Shown: one piece after another, positions 56,920 through 64,000 of the stretch
Layout: each line of letters starts with the position of its first letter
Numbering within the stretch: position 1 is the first letter of the stretch
Origin: Sphingomonas sp.
GTDB taxonomy: Bacteria; Pseudomonadota; Alphaproteobacteria; Sphingomonadales; Sphingomonadaceae
NCBI RefSeq assembly: GCF_036269755.1
Contig: NZ_DATBDV010000006.1
Span: 489-64,488 of the forward strand
Reading direction: 5' to 3'
DNA length: 64,000 nt
Made by a program: the position numbers and the translations under genes
The notes under the pieces: model-generated
Databases searched by the model: none
Told to the model about the DNA's origin: nothing
What the model saw: the letters and a program-made list of their open reading frames with translations, nothing else

Positions 56920-57752
56920 CCGCGGCAGGCGCCCAAACTCCTCTGAACCACGGCATAGTCGTCGCGCACCGCGGCCGAATCGGCCGAGTCGAGACCGGCG
57001 AGAAGATCGCCGGGAATCGCCGCGGGCAGCCCGCAGGCGAGACGATACCACAGAAAGGTGTCGCGCTGCGGCGGCGGCAGCGCATCCTCGACCACCTCGC
57101 TCAGCGACACGGTCCAGACCGGCGTCGCGTTCTGTTTGCGGATGACGCTGAGCGAGATCGGATGGCCGGTGGTCTTGAGAAATATCTGCGTCTCGCCTTC
57201 GCCCGGAAGCGCGCCCGCGGCATGGAACGCATTGGCGATTCCGGTGATCGCGGGAGGCGCATTGGCAGCGGCGAGATCGGTCGCGATTCGCCGCGCGGTG
57301 GCTTCGGTGGATGCGCTCCACAGCAGTTGCGCGCGGTTCGAAATCAGCTGGACCTGATCCGCCGAACCGGCGACTGAGCGCGCGAACAGCAACACCCGCT
57401 GCTTCTTCAGCCGGGGCACGTCGCCGTCCGAATCCAGCGCCGTGTCATAGAGATAGCCGATCCGCGGCGGCACCGCGCCAGGCCCGCGAATCAGTGCGAC
57501 CATATCGACGGTGACGTATAGACGGACATGCCCAGGGGCGACGCCGGCGGCCTCCGCGCCCTTGATTCGGGCGACGTCGCGAACGGTCGCATCGATCACC
57601 ATCGGCGCCTCGATCGACAGGTCCGCGATGTCGGCATAGGGATAAGCCGGCGCTGGCGCAGCGACGGTCACGGGGGCGGCAACGGCGCACGGGGGCAGTA
57701 CGATCGGGAAGAGGGCGAGCGCGAGCAAACGCGCCTTTGGAACACAAGGCAT
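56916..57752 (-). CDS. Secreted hypothetical protein (start approximate)
   Basis: Signal-peptide-like N-terminus; typical codon usage; no family recognised. Confidence 0.65.
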   Translation of the reverse strand: MPCVPKARLLALALFPIVLPPCAVAAPVTVAAPAPAYPYADIADLSIEAPMVIDATVRDVARIKGAEAAGVAPGHVRLYVTVDMVALIRGPGAVPPRIGYLYDTALDSDGDVPRLKKQRVLLFARSVAGSADQVQLISNRAQLLWSASTEATARRIATDLAAANAPPAITGIANAFHAAGALPGEGETQIFLKTTGHPISLSVIRKQNATPVWTVSLSEVVEDALPPPQRDTFLWYRLACGLPAAIPGDLLAGLDSADSAAVRDDYAVVQRSLGACRG

Positions 57753-57965
57753 GCACCATGGGTTAACCGATCGGGCTAGTCCCAAACAGAAATATTTGTG
57801 ACATGCTGCGATTGTACGTTCGATGCCTCCGACAAAGCGTTTGCGTCGGTCCTGCGGTGAAGATAGAGACTCGCGCTCTGTCCGATCTGGCGCAGCCGAA
57901 GGTTCGTTAACCGAACCGCCAAAGGGCGGTCGACCGTGGTTGGGATGAAGGAGTTGAGTTGCTGA

Positions 57966-58634
57966 ATGGCATACGCTGATCGTGATCAAAGTGGCAGCCG
58001 CATCGTAGCGATTATCATCTGTTCGATAATCGTCGCGGCATTCGGCTACGCATTCGTGACGGGCTTGGCGTCGAGCGTCGCCAAGAAGATCTCCGAGAAA
58101 CTGAATACATTCGACGTCGCCCCGCCGCCGCCGCCGCCGCCGCCCGACAAGCCGCCGCCGCCGCCGCCGGATCAGCCGAACCTGCCGCCGCCGCCGACCG
58201 CGCCGCCGGTGTTCAATTCGCCGATCCCGTCACCGGTGACCTTCCCGCCGCAGCCGCCGATGCCGCCGACGATGGCGCCGCCGGCGCCACCTGCGCCACC
58301 AGCGCCGCCGGCACCCCCACCGGCGCCGAGGCCGGCGGCCGTCAAGGGCGGTCCGAAGGGCAATCCGGGTAGCTGGTTCACCGACGAGGACTTCCCGCCA
58401 GGCGCGAAGCGCGCTGGAGCGTCGGGCCGCGTTGCAGTCGTGATGAGCATCGACGCAAGCGGCAGGCCCGCGGGGTGCCGGGTCAGCGCATCGAGTGGGA
58501 ACCAGGATCTCGATGACACGACGTGCCGTCTCGCAACGCGTCGTGGCCGGTGGAATATCCAAAAGGATGCCGACGGCAATGCGCAGCCTTATTCCTACAC
58601 GCTCAGTACGCGCTGGGTGTTGAAGGACGAGTGA
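57966..58634 (+). CDS. tonB: TonB energy transducer
   Basis: N-terminal TM, poly-Pro linker and C-terminal domain (FPPGAKRAG..GRV..SSGNQDLDDTTC). Confidence 0.9.
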   Translation: MAYADRDQSGSRIVAIIICSIIVAAFGYAFVTGLASSVAKKISEKLNTFDVAPPPPPPPPDKPPPPPPDQPNLPPPPTAPPVFNSPIPSPVTFPPQPPMPPTMAPPAPPAPPAPPAPPPAPRPAAVKGGPKGNPGSWFTDEDFPPGAKRAGASGRVAVVMSIDASGRPAGCRVSASSGNQDLDDTTCRLATRRGRWNIQKDADGNAQPYSYTLSTRWVLKDE

Positions 58635-58697
58635 CCGGCGCCGTCGTACTGGCGCCCACAATGTTTTTTACACGACGATCCAAAGAGGAAGCATCGA

Positions 58698-59501
58698 ATG
58701 AGCATCTCCATCCTTAATTCCGGCGCCTCGGGTGGCGCTGCCGAACAGTTCGGCGTGATGAACGCTCTCCAACAGGGCGGTTTCATTTCGTGGAGCGTCG
58801 CCATCATCCTGACGATCATGCTGTTCTTCTCGCTCTACATCCTGTTCACCAAGTGGTTCGAGCAGCAGAAGATCATGAACCAGGGCCGCCGCGTTCGCGC
58901 CAGCTTCTGGAACTCGAACTCGCTGCGCGAAGCCGCTGCCAAGCTCGAGAAGAACTCGGCATACAAGCAGCTGGTCGACGACGGCCTTGCCGCGCAGGAT
59001 CAGCACAGCCGCCTGACCGACCCGGTCGAAGCGCACGACTGGCTGCACGGTTCGCTGCGCCGCTCGGAGGACGTGATCAACTCGCAGCTCAACGGTGGCC
59101 TGGCGTTCCTCGCGACGGTCGGCGCGACGGCGCCGTTCATCGGTCTGTTCGGTACGGTGCTCGGCATCTATCGGGCGCTGATCAACATCGGACAGGCTGG
59201 CCAGGCGTCGATCGACAAGGTCGCCGGTCCGGTCGGTGAGGCGCTGATCATGACCGCGTTCGGTCTGGTCACCGCGGTTCCCGCCGTGCTCGCGTACAAC
59301 TGGCTGCAGCGCCGCAACAAGGCGATTTCGGAGGACCTCAACTCGTTCTCGAACGACGTGCTGGGGTACTTGGCCTCGAATGGCGCGGTGAAGCCGACCG
59401 CTGCCGCTCGCAAGGCGGGCGCTCCGACGGCCAAGCCGGCGACGACGACCGCTACGAGTACCACGGCCGGACAGACCGGTGGCGTCCAGGTCAAGCAGTA
59501 A
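58698..59501 (+). CDS. exbB: ExbB (MotA/TolQ family)
   Basis: FLATVGATAPFIGLFGTVLGI and EALIMTAFGL motifs. Confidence 0.92.
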   Translation: MSISILNSGASGGAAEQFGVMNALQQGGFISWSVAIILTIMLFFSLYILFTKWFEQQKIMNQGRRVRASFWNSNSLREAAAKLEKNSAYKQLVDDGLAAQDQHSRLTDPVEAHDWLHGSLRRSEDVINSQLNGGLAFLATVGATAPFIGLFGTVLGIYRALINIGQAGQASIDKVAGPVGEALIMTAFGLVTAVPAVLAYNWLQRRNKAISEDLNSFSNDVLGYLASNGAVKPTAAARKAGAPTAKPATTTATSTTAGQTGGVQVKQ

Positions 59502-59599
59502 GCCGGAAGGCAACATTGCGGCGGAATGGGGTGTTTCTCGTTCCGCCGCTTCACCCCGCCGGTTCATGCGGGGCGACCGAATAAGGATAGGATAGCTCG

Positions 59600-60079
59600 A
59601 TGGCTGTGAGCACTGGAGGCTCCTCCGATACCCCGATGTCGGACATCAACACCACGCCGCTGGTCGACGTGATGCTGGTGCTCCTCATCATCTTCCTGAT
59701 CACCGTTCCGGTGGTGGTTCAGAACATCAAGCTGAAGCTGCCGGACGTGCGGTTCGATCCGACGACGACCAAGCCGGAGAACGTCTCGCTGTCGATTACC
59801 AGGGACGATCAGGGCAACTGCGCCGTCTATTGGAACATGGCTCGAATGGGCCATCAGGAGCTGTACGACACGGCCAAGAAGAAGATGGACGCCGATATCA
59901 AGCGGCTGGAGGCGGAAGGTCCGATCGATCCGGAAAAGATTCCGGAAGTACATATCCGCGGCGACGTCGATGTCCCCTACCGTTGCATCGGCGCGGCGAT
60001 CTACACGATGCAGAGCGCCGGGTTCATCAAAGTCGGCTTCATCTCGCAGCCGGAGCCCACAGGCGGACCGACGTCCTGA
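59600..60079 (+). CDS. exbD: ExbD/TolR family protein
   Basis: INTTPLVDVMLVLLIIF. Confidence 0.9.
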   Translation: MAVSTGGSSDTPMSDINTTPLVDVMLVLLIIFLITVPVVVQNIKLKLPDVRFDPTTTKPENVSLSITRDDQGNCAVYWNMARMGHQELYDTAKKKMDADIKRLEAEGPIDPEKIPEVHIRGDVDVPYRCIGAAIYTMQSAGFIKVGFISQPEPTGGPTS

Positions 60080-60108
60080 CCGCGAGCGATTTTACGGAGT
60101 TTTGAAGT

Positions 60109-60537
60109 ATGGCAATGAGTGGCGGCAAGGATGATGGCGCGCCGATGATGGACATGAACATGACGCCGATGATCGACGTCTTGTTGGTGCTCCTCATCCT
60201 GTTCATCATCACCATCCCGGTCCAGACTCACGCGGTGAAGGTGGATCTTCCGGTCAATTCCAAGAATCCCACACCGCCGCCGGTCGAACCGCAGAAGAAC
60301 AAGATCATCATCTTCGCCAACGATACGATGACGTGGAACGGCACGCCGATCAACGACGAGCAGCTTGCGCAGTTTCTGGAAGCAACCAAGAGCCTCGATC
60401 CCGAACCCGAACTGCATTTTCAGCCGTCGCCGGATGCGCGGTACGAGAAGGTCGACGACGTGCTCGCGGTGATCAAGCGCTCGGGCATCACCAAGCTCGG
60501 CTTCATCGGCAACGAATATTACGCCAACGACTTCTGA
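60109..60537 (+). CDS. exbD: ExbD/TolR family protein (second copy)
   Basis: MNMTPMIDVLLVLLILF. Confidence 0.9.
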   Translation: MAMSGGKDDGAPMMDMNMTPMIDVLLVLLILFIITIPVQTHAVKVDLPVNSKNPTPPPVEPQKNKIIIFANDTMTWNGTPINDEQLAQFLEATKSLDPEPELHFQPSPDARYEKVDDVLAVIKRSGITKLGFIGNEYYANDF

Positions 60538-60553
60538 CGTCGGCACAGGTGAC

Positions 60554-60588
60554 AAAGAGGGGCGGTCGCGCGAGCGGCCGCCCTTTTT
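60554..60588 (+). terminator. Intrinsic terminator
   Basis: A-rich lead-in, GGGCGGTCG..CGGCCGCCC stem and TTTTT tail. Confidence 0.7.
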
Positions 60589-60608
60589 CGTGCGATGCTA
60601 CGTTTTAT

Positions 60609-60682
60609 CGCCATTGCGAGCGCAGCGAAGCAATCCCGCGTCGAGCGCCACGCTGGATTGCTTCGCTACGCTCGCAATGGCG
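60609..60682. repeat. REP-like intergenic palindrome with 28-bp arms
   Basis: CGCCATTGCGAGCGCAGCGAAGCAATCC ... GGATTGCTTCGCTACGCTCGCAATGGCG; one mismatch between the arms. Confidence 0.85.
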
Positions 60683-60713
60683 GTGGGCCGTGGCGGTGAG
60701 CGGTGGGCTGAGC

Positions 60714-61268
60714 TTACAGCTTCGGCAGCGTCACCCCGCGCTGGCCCATATATTTGCCGGCGCGGTCGGCATAGCTCGTCTCGCACGGCTCGTTGCCTTG
60801 CAGGAACAGGAACTGGCACGCGCCTTCGTTGGCGTAGATCTTGGCCGGCAGCGGCGTGGTGTTCGAGAATTCGAGCGTGACATGCCCCTCCCATTCGGGC
60901 TCGAGCGGAGTCACGTTGACGATGATTCCGCATCGCGCATAGGTCGACTTGCCAAGGCAGATCACCAGCACGTCGCGCGGCACGCGGAAATACTCCACCG
61001 TCCGCGCCAGCGCGAAGCTGTTGGGCGGGATGATGCAGCAATCGGTCTTGCGGTCGACGAAGCTCGTCGCGGAGAAATCCTTGGGGTCGACCACCGCGCT
61101 GTCGATATTGGTGAAGATCTTGAACTCGTCGGCAACGCGCGCGTCATAGCCGTACGAGGACAAGCCGTAGCTGATGCAGCCTTCGCGCCGCTGCGCCTCG
61201 ACGAACGGATCGATCATGCCGTGTTCCGTCGCTTGTTCGCGAATCCAGCGGTCGGACAGGATGGACAT
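60714..61268 (-). CDS. dcd: dCTP deaminase
   Basis: [21 protein letters not shown] and TPLEPEWEG motifs. Confidence 0.95.
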   Translation of the reverse strand: MSILSDRWIREQATEHGMIDPFVEAQRREGCISYGLSSYGYDARVADEFKIFTNIDSAVVDPKDFSATSFVDRKTDCCIIPPNSFALARTVEYFRVPRDVLVICLGKSTYARCGIIVNVTPLEPEWEGHVTLEFSNTTPLPAKIYANEGACQFLFLQGNEPCETSYADRAGKYMGQRGVTLPKL

Positions 61269-61348
61269 GCGGCTCCCCTTCACCCCCTCAAATGTCGGGC
61301 GGGCGTGCCACCGGCAAGGCACGCGAGCGCGAAAGTTGTGGATGGCCG

Positions 61349-61783
61349 TTAGACCAGACCGAGGCTCGCCGGTCCGAAGGCGTGCGGGAGCAGTTCCGAC
61401 AGCCGATATTGCTCGACCGGACCGCCGGTCAGCCCCGAGCAATAGATGGTGAGGTCGCGCTTGCCGAGTTGCGCGGCCTCGTTGAGGACTTGCCGGCAGC
61501 GGCCGCAGGGGAGCACTGGCTCGGCGCCGTCCTCGCCGGTCATCCCGCCGACGATGCCGACCGCGACGATATCCTTGAGGCGACCCGCGGTGCTCGCGGC
61601 CGCAGTCGCGACGGTCTCGGCGCAGAGCGTCAGGCCGTAGCTGGCATTTTCAAAATTCGCGCCAGTGATGACGGTCCCATCGGTCATCAGCAACGCGGCG
61701 CCGACCGAAAAGCCTGAATAGGGCGCATAGGCGTTCGCCGCAGCTTGCCGCGCCGCCGCGATCAATCGTTCGCTTTCGCTCAT
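61349..61783 (-). CDS. cdd: Cytidine deaminase
   Basis: [22 protein letters not shown] and PCGRCRQ motifs. Confidence 0.93.
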   Translation of the reverse strand: MSESERLIAAARQAAANAYAPYSGFSVGAALLMTDGTVITGANFENASYGLTLCAETVATAAASTAGRLKDIVAVGIVGGMTGEDGAEPVLPCGRCRQVLNEAAQLGKRDLTIYCSGLTGGPVEQYRLSELLPHAFGPASLGLV

Positions 61784-62451
61784 TTCGCCACCACATCCCA
61801 ATTGATCGGACCATCGACGCCGTCGATCCGCCGCATATCGCTTGCGCGCCACATCCGCCATGGCCGCGCGGCGTAATCGGGCGCGAAGAAGTTTTGCGCG
61901 CTCCACACCGGACGGTCGATCGCGGCGGTGACGCGATATCGCGCTTCGAATGCGCGCGATACCAGCAGCAGGACCGGACGCCGGCTGTGCGCCTCGACCA
62001 TCGCGATGAACCGCGCAAGTTCGGCGAGGACCGCCGCGCGTTCGGGCCGCGCGTCGCAGCCCGCGACGAAGTCGAGCGACAGCGCCGGCGGCAGCGAGTC
62101 GTCGCTTTGCGGCGCCGTCGTGTTGAAATTATTGGCCTGGTCGGTTGCGGGCGCGCACAGCGACCAAATGTGGATCGCCCCGCGACGAAGCCTGGCGCTT
62201 GCTGCGCCGCGCCAATTGTCCTCGAACGCCGCATCGCGATCATTGCCCGATGTCGCCGCGACATAGCCGAAAGCGGCGCCCGCCGCCTTGACCGCTACCC
62301 AGTCGACCGCGCCGTTGGCCGCCGATACGTCGACGCCTTGCATATCGTAGGTCTCGGTCGAGGGGCGCCAGTGGATCGCGAACACATAGAGCGCCAGCGC
62401 GAACACCGCCGCGATCGCCGCGAGCACGCCCCACCATCTGCGCCGCCGCAT
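61780..62451 (-). CDS. GH25 lysozyme-like protein with N-terminal TM
   Basis: GVDVS..NG.VDW, LPPALSL and GPINWD pattern; some catalytic positions look degenerate. Confidence 0.8.
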   Translation of the reverse strand: MRRRRWWGVLAAIAAVFALALYVFAIHWRPSTETYDMQGVDVSAANGAVDWVAVKAAGAAFGYVAATSGNDRDAAFEDNWRGAASARLRRGAIHIWSLCAPATDQANNFNTTAPQSDDSLPPALSLDFVAGCDARPERAAVLAELARFIAMVEAHSRRPVLLLVSRAFEARYRVTAAIDRPVWSAQNFFAPDYAARPWRMWRASDMRRIDGVDGPINWDVVAK

Positions 62452-62453
62452 CG

Positions 62454-62936
62454 TCAGCCCCGGATGTGCAGCACGCAGATCAGCGTGAACAGCCGCCGCG
62501 CGGTGTCGAAGTCCACATCGATCTTTCCCCCAAGGCGCTCCTTCAGGAGATTGGCCGCGTCGTTGTGGATGCCGCGCCGCGCCATGTCCACCGTCTCGAT
62601 TTGCGCGGGCGTCGCGTTGCGGATGGCATCGTAATAGCTGTCGCAGATCGCGAAATAGTCTCGGATCGGGCGCCGCAGCGTCCCGAGCGACAGGATCAGC
62701 GTTTCGAGCGGCGATCCGTCTTCGCGCGCCAGCGCCAGCACCAGTCGGCCTTCCTCGACCGCGATGTCGAGCAAATACGGTCCGGCATAGCCATCGGGAT
62801 ATTCACGGTGCGGGCGGAAGCTGTTTTGTTCGATCAGGTCGAAGATCGCGATCCGGCGTTCCTGCTCGACATCGGCGTTGCGCCACATGATGGTCCGTTC
62901 GTCGAGCGTGATCTGCTTGATGCGATGGTCGGCCAC
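62454..62936 (-). CDS. UPF0262 family protein
   Basis: EQERRIAIFDL..NSF; DMARRGIHN; DFDTARRLFTLICVLH. Confidence 0.9.
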   Translation of the reverse strand: MADHRIKQITLDERTIMWRNADVEQERRIAIFDLIEQNSFRPHREYPDGYAGPYLLDIAVEEGRLVLALAREDGSPLETLILSLGTLRRPIRDYFAICDSYYDAIRNATPAQIETVDMARRGIHNDAANLLKERLGGKIDVDFDTARRLFTLICVLHIRG

Positions 62937-63010
62937 GGTTCCGCGCTTATCCCCATCGAAAAGCTTTATCCACAGTGGCAGCGGCGTTGGGCGCGGCGTA
63001 GAAGGCGAGT

Positions 63011-64000
63011 ATGGCCACCGCGATTCACTCTCTGACCCCGACCGAACCCCCGACGCTGCCGCAGAACGTGGAGGCCGAGGCGGCTTTGCTCGGCGCGATG
63101 ATGATCGACAATCGCATCGCCGACGACACCGACAAGTTGACGCAGGACCATTTCTTCGAGCCGCTGCACGGGCGGATTTTCGTCGCGATCAAGAGCTTGC
63201 GCGAGCACGACATGACCGCGACACCGGTCACGCTCCGCCCAATGTTCGAGGCCGATCCCGCGATCAAGGAGCTTGGCGGTGCGGGCTATCTTGCGCGGCT
63301 GACCGGGTCGGGCGCGGGGCTGATTGGCGCCAAGCAATTCGCGCAGCAGATCTACGACCTCGCGATGCTACGGACGCTGATCGAAGTCGGGCGCGGGCTG
63401 GTCGACAAGGCGATGGATACCTCGAAGGAGGTCAATCCGCGCGGTCAGATCGAGGCGGCGGAAGAGGAATTGTTCAAGGTCGCGGCGGACGGCGGCAGCG
63501 AATCGTCGATCAAGACCTTCGCGCAGGCCAGCACCGCGGCAATCCAGATGGCCGACCGCGCGCTCAATTCGGGCGGCGGCGTTTCGGGGGTCACGACAGG
63601 GCTCAGCTCGGTCAATGCCAAGATGGGCGGGTTCCACAAATCCGACCTGATCATCCTCGCCGGGCGACCCGGCATGGGCAAGACGTCGCTCGCCACCAAC
63701 ATCGCGTTCAACGCGGCGCAGCGATTCATGCAGGATGAGCAAGACGGGATAGACCCCAAGCAACGCATCGGCGCCAAGGTCGCGTTCTTCAGCCTCGAAA
63801 TGTCGGCCGATCAGCTCGCGACTCGCGTGTTGGCCGAACAATCGCGGATCAGCAGTCAGGACTTGCGCATGGGCAAGATCAGCCAGGCCGAGATGGACCG
63901 GCTGGTGGTGACCTCGGGCGAGCTGCAGAATCTGCCGTTCGTGATCGACGATACCGCCGGGCTGACGATCGGCCAGCTCCACACGCGCATGCGGCGGTTG
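63011..64000 (+). CDS. dnaB: Replicative DNA helicase, runs off the window end
   Basis: PQNVEAEAALLG, LIILAGRPGMGKT and FFSLEMS motifs; no stop before 64000. Confidence 0.95.
   Translation, partial: MATAIHSLTPTEPPTLPQNVEAEAALLGAMMIDNRIADDTDKLTQDHFFEPLHGRIFVAIKSLREHDMTATPVTLRPMFEADPAIKELGGAGYLARLTGSGAGLIGAKQFAQQIYDLAMLRTLIEVGRGLVDKAMDTSKEVNPRGQIEAAEEELFKVAADGGSESSIKTFAQASTAAIQMADRALNSGGGVSGVTTGLSSVNAKMGGFHKSDLIILAGRPGMGKTSLATNIAFNAAQRFMQDEQDGIDPKQRIGAKVAFFSLEMSADQLATRVLAEQSRISSQDLRMGKISQAEMDRLVVTSGELQNLPFVIDDTAGLTIGQLHTRMRRL

Noticed and set aside
58120-58330. CCG trinucleotide runs as a contingency or phase-variation locus
   Set aside because: They encode the normal poly-Pro linker of TonB, and triplet slippage would keep the frame.
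63011-64000. Intein in DnaB or DnaE2
   Set aside because: No splicing or homing-endonuclease motifs in the visible sequence; DnaB is truncated by the window.

Overview
A GC-rich alphaproteobacterial chromosomal segment. Gene content, a GAAC-N7-GAAC LexA box and EcfG-type promoter motifs point to a sphingomonad (inference). About 25-64 kb is mostly housekeeping: nadE, imuA-imuB-dnaE2, glcB, thiolase/SDR/CoA-transferase, tRNA-Arg(UCU), purQ/S/C, parC, GGDEF-EAL, cca, tonB-exbB-exbD-exbD, dcd, cdd and the 5' part of dnaB. The first 25 kb is accessory and holds three modules. (1) 0.2-6.4 kb: a sulfatase module with a formylglycine-generating enzyme, a CxPxR sulfatase, an MBL hydrolase, a haloalkane dehalogenase and TetR. 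(2) 7.8-13.1 kb: a complete lasso-type RiPP enzyme set (cyclase, RRE, B2 protease, HPr-like kinase, nucleotidyltransferase). Its 46-aa precursor has a core of only 10-12 aa, leaving a 4-residue tail that looks too short to thread. (3) 15.6-23.4 kb: a minimal split NRPS operon of A(Leu)-T, P450, C-A(Gly)-T-TE and PPTase, whose thioesterase has a Cys nucleophile (GWCTNG) and lacks the usual post-beta6 Asp; an orphan Wzx-type flippase abuts it. Modules 2 and 3 are the best candidates for undescribed chemistry. No CRISPR array, rRNA, transposase or integrase was seen. All family calls come from motif recognition by eye; no database search was run.
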